Made by a program: the position numbers and the translations under genes. From Lama guanicoe (lineage: Eukaryota): a stretch of 64,000 nucleotides of DNA. Each line of letters begins with the position of its first letter. The first letter of the stretch is position 1. The DNA lies in contig MU056050.1 of NCBI GenBank assembly GCA_013239625.1, positions 4,659,366 to 4,723,365 of the forward strand, in the 5' to 3' direction. The notes below the pieces were generated by a model. It was not told where the DNA came from. It saw nothing but the letters and a program-made list of their open reading frames with translations, and made no database searches. Positions 13,980 through 25,999 of this stretch are shown piece by piece.

Positions 13980-14453
13980 TGTTGGGAAGAAAGAATTTTC
14001 CTCTATCTTTCAAAGGTTCTTTTATCTGGTCTAATAATCAATCAACATGACACAGATTAACAGGAGAAAAACAAATTTAACTTCTTACATAAGGAAACCT
14101 CACATTCCTGAGAGGTTCAAAGACAGAAGAGTAAAGAGAGGTCATCCTGAGCTAAGGAATGGGAAAGGGACCCTGGGGCTTCAAAGGAGAGGAGGGCACT
14201 TCACAGGATAATACGAAAAAGAGCGTGTGTTTGGTAATTAAATATTTGCTCTGCCATACAGACGAGTCACTCAGATCAAATTTATCTCTGATAATAATTC
14301 TCATTCTGGGAAAGACATTCCCCCCCCCCACAATTTAAATTATTCTAAGTAGTTAAGGGAGGAGCAGAAGTTTCTTTTGAGTCTGCAGAGTCTTGATTGC
14401 CTTTAGCTCAAAATAATCCACATACCAAAGTGGCACACTTTGCGGAGGTCTTC
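13980..14453 (-). mobile_element. ERV1-type solo LTR, related to the LTRs at 16442, 31554 and 34731
   Basis: It begins tgttgggaagaaagaattttcctctatc...ggttctt, the reverse complement of the 3' end of the 16442-16978 LTR. Confidence 0.7.
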
Positions 14454-14601
14454 ACATTTATTGTTCATGTTACACTAAAGCCATATAAGGTACATATCAT
14501 TATTTCACAGATTAAAAAAAAAAAGACTTAAAGATTAATGTGCCACAGGTCACACAGCTTTAAGTGGCAGATAAGTTGGCTTTAAAGCCTTTGAGCTAAA
14601 A

Positions 14602-15370
14602 CAATAGTGTTCAAAGTGTTGAGACAGGAGGGAGAGGTGCAGGGTACAACCATTAAAAGAATGACACAGCAATCAGCACCAAGATGGTGGAGGAGTCAAC
14701 TCCCAGTAGAACTTGAGCTTCCATATACACTCATCGAAATATAATAGCATGCTAAATGGTACTCCCACAGGTGCCAGGAAGTTTTCAAGGCTGACCATAA
14801 AAGGTCAAAAAGTGGATGATGGCCCAGTTCCTGGGAATCCCAGCCCCTTCCCCAAAGTAGTTGGAATAATCCTCCCACTTTTTAGCATATTGAAGCTACG
14901 GAGCCCATACAAACTAACAAGCCCCAAACCTCGTGGCCGCTCTCCCTTCTGAGTGAGACAGTCCCCACTCTGTCTTTGGAGTCTGTATCTACTGGGCATC
15001 CAACCCCCACACCTCATGGCCTTTCTTTTGCTTTCTGAAACAGCCTGTACTCTGTCTATGGAGTGGTATCTCTCTGAATAAATCTACTTTTACTCAACTG
15101 TGGCTCACTCTTGAATTCTTTCCTGCATGAAGTCATGGACCCACATTTGGTGGGGCACGTCCCAGGGACTCAACCAAGACCTGGGACATGGCCATCCTCT
15201 CGACCCACATTTTTTTTCCTGTATCAGTGTGGTCCCTGATCCAGTAGATATAAATGTTTGGGCCCAACTCTAGACCATCTGAATCAGAAACTCTTGGGTT
15301 GAGCCCAGCCATCTGTTTTCAAAAAATTCTCCAGGTGATTCTGACACAGGCCAGAGTTTGAGAACAACTG
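14602..15370 (+). mobile_element. MER5A (hAT-Charlie MITE) split by an LTR
   Basis: caatagtgttcaaagtgt|ggtccctg...ctgaatcagaaactc...ctccaggtgattctgac...gtttgagaacaactg. Confidence 0.75.
14620..15226 (+). mobile_element. ERV1-type solo LTR with 4-bp TSD (GTGT)
   Basis: TG...CA ends, AATAAA near 15077, perfect GTGT duplication at 14616-19 and 15227-30. Confidence 0.85.
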
Positions 15371-16441
15371 ATCTAAACAATAGTAAATATCACAGATAAT
15401 AATGTCTATATATATATTATGTCATTATACAATATTACTTTACTATATTAACCATTCAGCTAATACTGAGGTTGCTAGCTTACTAGGTTAAGAATTTCAT
15501 TTTTGGGGAGATTAGTTTCCTCTATCACCAAAAACTATACCTAAAACTTGTGTATTATATAAAAAACAATGTACTGGGAATCAAAAAGATTGATTTCTGA
15601 CCTTATAAATATGAACTAAAATCTGTGGGCCTCAGTTTCTTCATCTGTAGAATAAAGTAGTTCGACTAGATGGTTTCTAAAACTCACTTTTAGCCCTGGT
15701 ATGATTTTAGTTGCCTTGAAAATGTCACCTTTTAATTACAGGAATGCTGATTGATCTGTGCCTTTGCTCTACATTTCTAAATAAGGGAGGCATCATTCAT
15801 GTCAGAGTATATCTAAGTAGTAGTTGTGGCATGTACCATCAGGAAAGCAGGATGTAGTTTATTCACGCTCATGACTTTAAAGCAAACAAACAAAAAGGAA
15901 AATAATCCTTAACTGTAAATGTTCTACTGTCAAAGAACAGCTATTATTTTTAGAGACAGCTTATGCATTGAAGACGAGAAGTACTTTTGATTGAGACAAA
16001 TGACTCTAGACCTGGTTCTTCCATGATTTGGCTTTGAGAGCTCCAGGAAATTATTAGCCTCTCTGAGACATTACAAGTTTATAGGGAAAAAAATTAGAGA
16101 TGCATATTATAGGACCTAATTTGTAGAAAAGTAAGAAAATTAAATAATGTTTCTATGGAAGCATTTTTCAAATTTGACTACTAATTGTGTATTTTTAAAA
16201 GTCTTATAACCTTGAAAGTTTAAAAACCAGTCTCCTTAAAATATCCCATAATTCATAATTTCAGCAATTCAGATTGCTCTTCCTCCAACTACAAAAGGAT
16301 GAAATTTTACTATATATGAAAGTAATTATTTGTCCGCTATTACTATTTTAAAAGCTAAGCACATCAGGTAAAAATTTTGCATATCTTGTAGAGTATGTTC
16401 TTGGTTCTCAATAAACTTCAAGTATTATGACTTATCAAATA

Positions 16442-16978
16442 TGAAGAAAAAAGAATAAGCCACCCTAAAATGTGACTCTTAGCCATAATAACCAGCTTAT
16501 CTTGAGCTAATTATAAAAAAAAAAAACAGAAAAAATAAAAACAGTAGCAGAAGGCACCTTTGAAAACCAAGGAGAAGTTATCCTTTTGTAAGGAAAATTT
16601 ACATTTGTAGCAAAAAATCTCCATTTGTAAGGCTGTCTCCTTCTAGAAACTGTTATCAATGGAGAAGGCAAAGACTTAAATTTGCATAACAACATTACCC
16701 TTGTTTATTTTGCTTTTCCTGGTAACCTCCCATAATAGGCCTCACTCCCCACCAACATCTTTCTTTTGTCTTTAGTTGGGGATGATACTGAAGGTGATGG
16801 CTTGGGCCATTTCAGGGAGCTACTCAATGTTTCCGGGTATCTCTCATGTATACTGGAGGTATGCATGTTATTAAACTTCTTTTTGATTTTCTCCTGTTAA
16901 TTTGTTTTTTATTATAGGAGTGGAGGTGTCAGCTAAGAACCTAGAAGGGTAGAGGAAAAAATATTTTCCTCCCCTACA
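16442..16978 (+). mobile_element. ERV1-type solo LTR with 4-bp TSD (AATA)
   Basis: TG...CA ends, ATTAAA signal, AATA on both flanks, and a homologous copy at 31554. Confidence 0.85.
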
Positions 16979-17796
16979 AATATAAATGCATACTGACATT
17001 TTATATTTTTAAATTTCTCAAGTTTCACAATGATTGCTTCTCCTACCTCAAATTCTGCACTCCACAAAACTCTGGTACCCAGAGCCTCCCCCACTCTCTC
17101 TGGTTTTCAGACCTTTGGACATGCTCCTCCCTCTGCCTGCAATACTCCATCCTTCTCTTCCTATTCCCCTATACTTTTGCCTGTCTGACTCCTATTCCTC
17201 CTTTAGGGCTTTATTTATTTATGATCATCTGTTGGATGATTTTATGGTCCTCCAGGTCTGCACAGAGAAACCCTCTTCTATGTTTGTACCAAATGCTATG
17301 CTAGGCCCTTTACATACATGAGATAGTTGAACAAATTCAGGTGCTGTGGGAGTAGCTTTCATTAATTTCATTATTTATTTGAACAAGCCTTCATTATTCA
17401 TCAATAAGATGGCCATGTTCTGCACCATATAACCTGGCCTTTTTGACTAAAGCTTGCTGGAAGGACACCCCATGAAACACTGGCAAGTCTACACTTGTCA
17501 AGGACGTTTCAAGATAGCTTAGTGGGAAGCTCTTTCCAAATAGTATGGAGATTAATAAAGTCAAGTTGACTGTGATATATAAGGAGATTTTATTGGATGG
17601 TGGCAGCTGCCACAGCAAAATGACCCCAAGGTGAAGGTACTATGCAAGTAAAATGAAGTGTCAGAAGCTATGAGTGAAGAAAGACATTATGGTCCTCCAG
17701 GTCTGCATAGAGAAGCAAGTAGGAGTGGTAAATGTGGGGGAAAGAAAAGCTAATCAACTATTATGGTAGAAGATTCATTAATTCTTACTTAGAAGG

Positions 17797-18134
17797 TGTT
17801 GACCTAAAACAGATAGACTACCAGTTATTTCTCCAGCAAAGATGGGTTTATTTGGGTTCAGCATAGAATTGCAATTTGGGGAATGAAGCCATGGCAAGCC
17901 ATGTGTAGTCCCCCAACATGGTGAAGGAAGAGAAATGCTTTTATGGAGAGGAAAAAAGTTGGGAGGGCTATAGTAAACAAAGAGTCCACGGCTTTTAATT
18001 GGCTGAGTCCTTGGCCTAAAAGGAGTCCCTCTTTTCCCAATTAGGGTCTGCTATCATCACAGGGTATGAGAGAACCACCTTCTTGTCTCCCAAATGTACT
18101 TAATTAAGGTTTCTGTTTATTAATTTTTTTTACA
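17797..18134 (-). repeat. 3' LTR of the provirus
   Basis: tgttgacctaaaac...ttttttaca, followed on the + strand by tttcctcctgtt (the polypurine tract on -). Confidence 0.9.
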
Positions 18135-18479
18135 TTTCCTCCTGTTGATTGAGATCTTTCTCTGAGAGCATCACTGATCAAGGGTCAGATTTTTTGGTTT
18201 CAGCTGGGTTTTGTCCCTCAATGCCCTGGCTCTAATGTCCCATGTTGCAGAGAAAGTGCACAGACTGGAAACCTATTGAGGTCATATGTCAGTAACAAGG
18301 AGGTGTAGAAGGGAGAACTCTCAGGTACTTTTTAATCTAAAATTCATATGTTATCAACATCATAGACACTGGAGATCATCTGAAGCAAGCGCTATGTCAT
18401 CATCAAGGTTTGGTGACCAACTTCCAACAGGCCTGGTCCCCATACCTTGAGAAAGTTGTCTCATTAGATGTCATCTGCT

Positions 18480-21400
18480 TCAATTCCAGAAAATCTTTAT
18501 TTTTAGGTCACCAAAGGATGTGCAGATCCAGTCGGGGTTCAGTGTTTTCTTTACAAGTCAGTTGACTCCAAGAGTCTATTCTTTAGAATTTGGTGGCACA
18601 ATGGTAGGTTAGCAGTGAGGTTAAAGAGAGTTCTTCTGGTCTTTTTCAGTAGACCAAATCTCCAGGTTGCAAGTTGTGATGTTTAAGATCTTCATCTTCC
18701 AAGGGCACACTGTGAAAAGATTGTTCTACCAAAACATGGCTATTTTTCATAGAAGCAAGTAGGTCTCTGAAATATTGGAATATCTCCCCTTTTTATCAGT
18801 TATGGGTCGAAAGAAGCAGGAGCCAAATGCATTAGGCATTCTGTAACTATCTTAAAAGGTGAGAGTTTATGAGTTCCAAAAAGGATGGATCTGAGATTTA
18901 GAAGGATCAATGACAATATATTTGGGCAGGGTATTTGGAGGACTTCTACAAATATTGCCAGTTGAATCTTAATTGATGTCTTCAGTGTGTTTGACTAAGC
19001 CAGAAGATTGAGGGTGGTAAGCACAGTTGAAGTGTTTAAAAAGTGGCTGAATAGCACAGACTTGTTGAAGCACCTGACCAGTAAAATGGATTTCTTAATC
19101 ATTATGAAGTTTGAAAGGAATCCCCCAGGTAGGGAAAATCTTTTCCAAAAGGTCTTTAGCTACAGAAGAGGTAGTAGCCTGTCTGCAAGAGAAGGCTTCA
19201 GCCCAATGTGAAAACATACAGGTGATGATTAAAATATACTCATATCCATGAGATGGAGAAAGTTGTATGAAATTCATTTGCCAGACCACAAATGGTCCAT
19301 TAGGCAGTTTAAAATGTCCAGGAACAGTACAAACAGGCTTCCATGGGTTGTATTTCAGACAATCAGGGCAAGTGAGGTAGACACTTTTTGTGGCCTTATT
19401 AATGTTTCCCCACCAAGAATGATTCATGAATGCTATCATTTTTTTTTCAGTAGATCAATGGCTTAATGCAAGTACGGTGGTGAGGAGTGGGACTTTTAGA
19501 GTCTCCAGGAAGACTGGGTAGATATTTGATCTGAACCAGAACTTTCTCTTGTTTATCAAATCAACAGTTGTTGAATTGTAGCCTTGTTTTTCCTTTCCTG
19601 AGGCCAATTTTGGGTCTTCTCTAGCCAGTTTCTCTAAGTTATCATTTGGGGAAATGTCCCTTTCAACCATGACAGAGGTTTGTCTGCTTCTGGTTCCTTT
19701 AAGAGCAGCATTCCTTGTGGAAATGTCAGCATGGTGATTTCCCTTAGCCTCCAGAAAGCCAAGTTTAGAATGTCCCAGAATCTTAATAATAGCTAAAGTT
19801 GTAGGTAAAAGCATTACATCCAACAATTCCTAAAAAGAGAGGTCATTTAAATTTTTATATCTGCTGGAAGCAAGGAAGCCATGTTGTTTTCACAACATTC
19901 CAAAATCATGAGCTACTCTGAAAGCATATCTGCTATCACTATAAATACTGGCAGTTTTGTCCTTGGCTAAAATGCAAGCTCGTGTAAAAGCTTATAAATC
20001 AACATGTTGCACCAAAGTAGCCATGGGTAAAAATGCTGCCTCAATACCATCAAAAGGAGTTGCAATCGCACAGTCAGGAGGTGGTCCATTGTCATCATGC
20101 AGTCATAACGGACTTTGTTAGTGCTGGAGGGGAGAAGGGTGTCAGGGTGAAGGTTACTACAACGTATAAGAGTTATGTGAGGAGAAGGTAACAAAAGGAC
20201 TTCAGAGGAGGTGAGGTGGCCAACTGAGAAATGTTTAGTGTGATAAGAATTCAAGAGGGCTTCTACTGTATGAGATGCAAAAGAATGGTTAAAGGGGACC
20301 CCACAATGATCCTCTCAACAGCCTTTACTAAAAAGGCAGTGGCCATAATGGCTCTAAGACAAGGGAACTATCCCCATGCCACAGGGTCCAGTTGCTGGCT
20401 ATAATACATTATGTGTCAATGGTGGTCCCTGTATTTTGGGGTGAGTACCACAAGGGCATTTCCTTTCTTTTCATATATAAAGGGGAAAAAAGGCATCTGA
20501 TAACTGGCATGCCCAAGGGTAGGTGAATTTGTTACATTCTCCTCTAAGATTTTAAAAGCTATGTCATCTAGTTACTCCCAGAAAATTGAGTTGGAGTTGT
20601 TATTCTTTAGTAAAATTTATAGAGGTTTGGCCATAGAGGGAAATTTGGAATCCAATTTCATCAACAACCAACTAGTCCAAGAAAACCTCACATTTGGCTC
20701 TTCGTTTTATGTTTTGGGAAACTTGAGACACAGTTGAGTCTGTCTGGATCTGGTTGTAGTCCTTGTTGTGATATCAGATGCCTTACATATCAAACCTGGG
20801 TTTATACACACTGTAATTCTTCTTTCATGACCTTATGCCCCTTGAAGTCTAAAAGCTTTAGCAAGAGATCCTGCCTTCCTGTGGAGAGGCTTGAGAAGGA
20901 GAGCAAAGAAGCAAATCATCTACATACTGCAACAAAGTGGAACCTCTAGGGAGCTTTATATCATCCAAATGAGCCTTCAGGATTTGTGAGAAATAAAAAG
21001 GACTCTCAGTATAACCCTGAGGCATTACTGTCCAGGTAAATTGTTTTTCTTCTCAAGTGAAGGCAAAAAGATATTGGCTAGCTTTATCAAGTGGAATACT
21101 AAAGAATGCCTGCATGGATCAATTACAGTAAAGAATTTACTTCTGGTGGGAATGGAAATTAGCAATGCATGAGGGTTAAAAACAACAGAGTGTCCAGGGA
21201 TAGCAATGTTGTTTATTTGCTTGGAAGTCCTGAACAAACCTCCACTCTCAGCCCTTAGATTTTCTCACCTGGAAAATGGAGGTGTCATAGGGGCTAGTAC
21301 AAGAAATAATGAAGTCTTGAGCCTGTGAGCTTCTATTGTGGGCTTTATGCCTTGAAGGGCTTCTTTACTTATCAGGTATTAATTAATTCAGGGAAGTGAT

Positions 21401-22168
21401 TTTGAGGGGTCTATTTGTATCTTCATAGGAGGTGCACTGTGAATATTGCCAATCTCAGCTGGAGATTTTGCCAAGGAAAGTAGTAGCTGGTTCAATAGGG
21501 ACAAATGATTAGTGGTTCCATAATCAGCCCTGGTACCATCAGAAATAGAACAAATGAGAGATGTCAAAGGGTCATTTAATTCACCTGGTTGGTTACTTGG
21601 ATGACTATTGTCAATTTCTAGAATTATTTCCCCTTTTGGGGAGAAAGAAATTACAGCATGGCACTTCTCTGAAAAATCTCAGGCTAATAAGAGGGTAGAG
21701 ATTGAAGAACTAAGGAGAAAAGGGTGGGTATCTCTCAAAGGGATTAAACAAAAGAAATAGATTCAGAAACAAGAAACTTTTGAGGTTCATTAGTAATCCC
21801 CACTATCTGAACTGTTTTAGTACTCCAAGGCAGGGGCTGCTTTACGGCAGTGGAGTTGAACACTGAGAGTGTGGCTCATGTGTCATTTAAGACTGGAAGA
21901 CATTCATCCTTAATATGGAGACATATTTTTCTAAGCCAATTAAGAAGGAGGATTGGGGGGGAAGGTATAGCTCAGTGGTAAAAGTGCATGCCTAGCATGC
22001 ACAAGGTCCTGGGTTCAATCCCCAGTATCTCCATTAAAATAAATAAGTAAATAAATAAACTTAGTTACCTCCTCCCCAAAACAAAGAAAACCAATAAAAA
22101 TAAAATATTTAAAAAAAAAAAAAAAGAAGGAGGATTGGGAAGAGCCTGTGTAGTTCCTTGGAGCCCCA
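18480..22168 (-). pseudogene. pol: ERV pro-pol pseudogene (protease, RT, RNase H, integrase)
   Basis: Protease LNDT*ATLSV (~21876-21890), RT WTVMPQGYTESP (~21000-21035) and LLQYVDDL (YVDD at 20915-20926), RNase H IYSDSRYAF and GNHHAD, integrase H..CPDC, WQMNFIQL and WAEAF. Many stops and frameshifts. Confidence 0.93.
21958..22123 (+). mobile_element. Vic-1-type tRNA-derived SINE inserted into the ERV protease region
   Basis: ggggaaggtatagctcagtggtaaaagtgcatgcctagcatgcacaaggtcctgggttcaatccccagtatctcc plus an A tail. Perfect 16-bp TSD aagaaggaggattggg at 21942-57 and 22124-39. Confidence 0.93.
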
Positions 22169-23619
22169 TCATTGAGAAATGGGAGGATGCTGGAAAGGCT
22201 GGTTAGAAGGCTGAAGTCACCTGAAGTGCTTAAATTTGTAACAATCTCTTTTCTAATGTCCTGGCTCATTTCAACAACAGCAGAAACTAGGAGAGTTTTG
22301 TTTTCATATAGGGGCCTTCAACTGCTAGAGTTGAAGATTAAGAATCTTAGCAGTCATTCTTTTAGGTGACTCATCTACAGTGGGAGAAAGCTGGCTGGCC
22401 AGATTAACTAAATCTAGAGTGGGCATAGTTTCCCATTCCACTGCAGTCCTTTTCACTAGAAGGATCCAGTTCAGCCCATTAGTAAACATAGAGTTAAAAC
22501 TACTCCAGTGTTATCAACATCTGAAGGAAGACCAGAATTTTCTCTATAAACAATCTGAAGTTGATTGCATTGGTCATGAACATATTCATCAGATTTTTGT
22601 GTGCAAGCCTGAATTTTATTCCAATCAACAGGACTTGGAAGAGCCTTAAGAATTGCTTGATGAAGTCGCCTAGCAATTGCATGAGCCTGTTCATATAATA
22701 AGAAGTTAGCAGGCTGGTCTCCCAGTTGTAATTCTAGAGACCTGTCAGGATTTTCCCAATTAGCAGTTTTCATCAAATGCTGGGCCTAGCCTTCACAGAC
22801 AAGCATACGAACTAGCTGATGTTAGCCAGAGAAAGCAGGTTGATAAGTTTGAATGACTATATTCAATTCTTCAGCAAATCTATGAGGTTCTTCAGTTACT
22901 TTGGGAAAAACTTTGACTATGGCTGGCAGTTCAGGTTTAGTCCAGGGAATATAAGAAATCAAGATTCTCAGAAGACTTAATTTTGAGTGGACAGATGCTC
23001 ATAAGTTCAAAGGATAGAAAAGGAATTGGGGAGAATTTCAGAGAAAAAGAGAAGTTTGGGAGGATAATTAGTTCAAGGGGACTGAGGGTAAAGAGGAGGC
23101 ATAGGTGGAACAGAAAGAGAGGAAGATAGTACCAGTGGTGGAGCCTGACCACAGGGAGCTGATGGGGTGGGTGGGGGACAGTATGGCACTGCAGGTAGGG
23201 CCTGAGACAAAGAAGCCAGGGGAGTGGAGCATAAGGCTTCAGGAGCCATTTTAAAATTTCAGCAATCTTTTGATGCTTCAGTTAATCTTCAAATCTTATT
23301 TTACAGAGAGGCAGTTTGAGGCTTCTAATTACATTTGGAAGCCTCAAAATACCAATTGAAATAGGCATACCATTCAGTTCTGGAAAATTTTGAGCTACTG
23401 TAGTCCAATTTCATTTTAAGAAAATTAAGTTTGGGGATTTCAAAGTTCCCCTTAATGGCCATTGATATTCTAAATTGCCTTTGGTCAGGTCAGTCCATTT
23501 TGTCAGAAATGTACACAAGGAAGGACCTGGGTTTTTAAATATAAAACTGGGCAGAGTCCCTGGGCAGGGGGACCAGGGGATGGGGTGCCCCCAAATACTT
23601 AGGTAAGTGGGATCTCGTT
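22169..23619 (-). pseudogene. gag: ERV gag pseudogene
   Basis: Capsid/MHR-like VDWNKIQACTQKSDE (ORF 22471-22776), a decayed zinc knuckle C..*NEPGH*KRDC (~22240-22285), and TGA at 22169-71 in frame with protease. Confidence 0.85.
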
Positions 23620-24168
23620 TCTCAGAGGTTTTTCTCTAGAGTAAAAGAACAATTTTCAAACAGCTCAATTCAAACAGCTTGCAAGTCAAACAGTTCAAAT
23701 GACCTGCAGGCTTAATACCAGACAGTTCTAAAGGAAAAAATTGGTCACAGAGTAGCCAGGCCCAAGGCTTCTCAGTCAGTTTGCACAGAACAGCTCCTAC
23801 TCCAAAGGAATGGGCCGATAGCTGAACAGGCACAGTTTCAGTGAAACAGCCCTTGAACCTAAAGGAGTGGGCTGGAGGATGCTCAACCAGTTCCAGTTGC
23901 AACAGTCTGATCTCAAAACCACACTGAAGTGCCAAACAAGTACTTGCATACAGAACTAGGCTTTAACCAGAGAGGAAGAAACCATTAAATAGATCCAAAT
24001 AAAGCCTGAACAGCTTCAGACACAAAGAGGGCAGAGACTTGGATCGAAGAGGAAGGTGTACTTTCAGTTTCTGAGGTTGACGAGGAAAGCAGTGAGCTTA
24101 CTGGTCTCAATTGTAGGTGCTGCTCCTGTTTGCTCACCAGCCCCAGAGGCATCCTGGACCTTCTCTGG

Positions 24169-24186
24169 TCCTCACACAGACCACCA
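24169..24186 (-). promoter_or_regulatory. Primer binding site, tRNA-Ile(AAU)-like
   Basis: TGGTGGTCTGTGTGAGGA lies 3 nt from the 5' LTR. It differs from the Ile PBS TGGTGGCCCGTACGGGGA only by transitions (13/18 identical). Confidence 0.65.
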
Positions 24187-24189
24187 AAA

Positions 24190-24533
24190 TGTTAACCTAA
24201 AACAAACTGACTGCCAGTTATTTCTCCAGCAAAGACGGGTTTATATGGGATCAGCAGAGAATGGCAATGCAGAGTCTGAAACCATGGCAAGCCAAGTGCA
24301 AGTTCCCCACATAGCAAGGGAAGGAGAAGACTCCCATAGAGAGGGAAGGGAAGTTGGGGGGCTGTAGTAAGCAAAGAGTCCATGGCTTTTCATTGCCTGG
24401 GTCTTTGTCAGGAAAAAAGAGGCATCTCTCTTCTTCCTGTTGGACTCTGCTATTGTCATAGAGCGTGAGAGCTTCCCCTTCTGGGCTCCCTACTCTATTT
24501 AATTGAGGTTTCTGTTTATTAGTCTTTTTTACA
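24190..24533 (-). repeat. 5' LTR of the provirus
   Basis: tgttaacctaaaac...ttttttaca, homologous to 17797-18134. Confidence 0.9.
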
Positions 24534-25999
24534 GAGGTAAGAAAATAAGTGAGTCATTAGAGTTAGTTGGGAGTCTTCTAATTCTTCAACTCTCTTTAAC
24601 TTCTAATGACACTTTAACTGCATCTGCCTAGTATCTCTACGCAGTAAAACTCTTACCAGTTAAAGTAAAGTGAGTGAGATCTTGTTCCTTGTCTTTGAGA
24701 GTCTAATTTACAACAAATCTGCAAGTAAGGGATTATTATAACTAGAAAGTAACTGAGGAGCAAGTAAAATGGTTAATTGACTTTTCCAAGGTCACATAGC
24801 CAGCAAATGACAGTAATAGGGTTTGAACCTCGTTCCGACTCCAAAACATATTTGCATAGTCTGACTTACCTTTATTTATTATTAATATTTTAACTTTTAG
24901 TTTTATGATAAAGTTATTCAAAATAGAAGAGACAATAATACCCTTGTACCCACAGCTCATTTTTACAGATATTAAGATATTGTCATGTTTGCTTCCTATC
25001 TTTTTCTTTCAAAATTTTATAGGTACAGCTAAAGCCCAATCCCCATTAACTTCTTTCCTCTTTCTTTACTCTAAAGATTACTTTATATGGAGGCCAGTGT
25101 GTTTTACTTCCTTGCATTTACGTATACTCTTAGTAGGTAATTATCTATACAGAACAAAGCCCAGAGAGCTGACATGGCCTATCTAATATTGGTGGTTCTC
25201 AGACTTTTGGACTTCAGGGAGGAGAAACATTTATAAATAAATCATAAATAGCGGTTGCCAACTGGTGTGAGTGTATGTGCCAAGTAAAAATCTTTAAAAT
25301 GACATCCATCTTCATGCCTACTACCCTGATCGCCATCTTCTATCACCCATTTCAGTCCAACAATTAGGACATACTCTCAGTAATGAGAAGAGTTATTAAA
25401 ATGATAGATATTTAGCTCCCTGGAGAGGCCTCTACATTGTCCTTACTTTTAACAGTAGCAACTTTACCTGAAGCTGCTACTCACTCTCTTCAGACCAGCT
25501 TTGGGGAGCCACGGAGACAGCTGATGAATGGCAGAGCTGGGAATAGAACCTGGGGTCCCTAACTCCCTGGTGCAGTGCTCTTTTCATTACATCGTGCTGT
25601 TATTAGTCATCTACTTCATTGGTTGACCCAGGGCAAAAAAATGATCTACTTCATAAGCCTGTAATAGTCTTCCATGTCCAAATCCTTGAATTAGAACATT
25701 TGAAGTCCCTATTTAAAAGGTCAAGGTGCTATCTGGATGTGATAACCAATAAATCATCATCATTTACTTAACATTAATTTGTCAGATTTTCACATTAGTC
25801 ACTGGTCATTTCAGGATATGAGAGTATACGACCAAGGCCTGGGGACCTTTGAAAACCAGAGGGATTAAAGGAAAGCAGGACTCATGCTTTACAAAGGGAA
25901 TGTCTGGTGATTTCACATAATGAAGCTCAATAACAAAAACAATTTTTTTAGCAGTAAAATGCATTTGAAGAAGGTAGAATTTCTTTGCAGGCTTTCCTT

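Larger units (their letters stand above)
17797..24533 (-). mobile_element. Decayed class I (gamma/epsilon-like) endogenous retrovirus: LTR-PBS-gag-pro-pol-PPT-LTR, no env
   Basis: Homologous LTRs at 17797-18134 and 24190-24533, flanks AAGG/GAGG (4-bp TSD with 1 mismatch), a PPT next to the 3' LTR, and gag/pol motifs. Confidence 0.95.
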
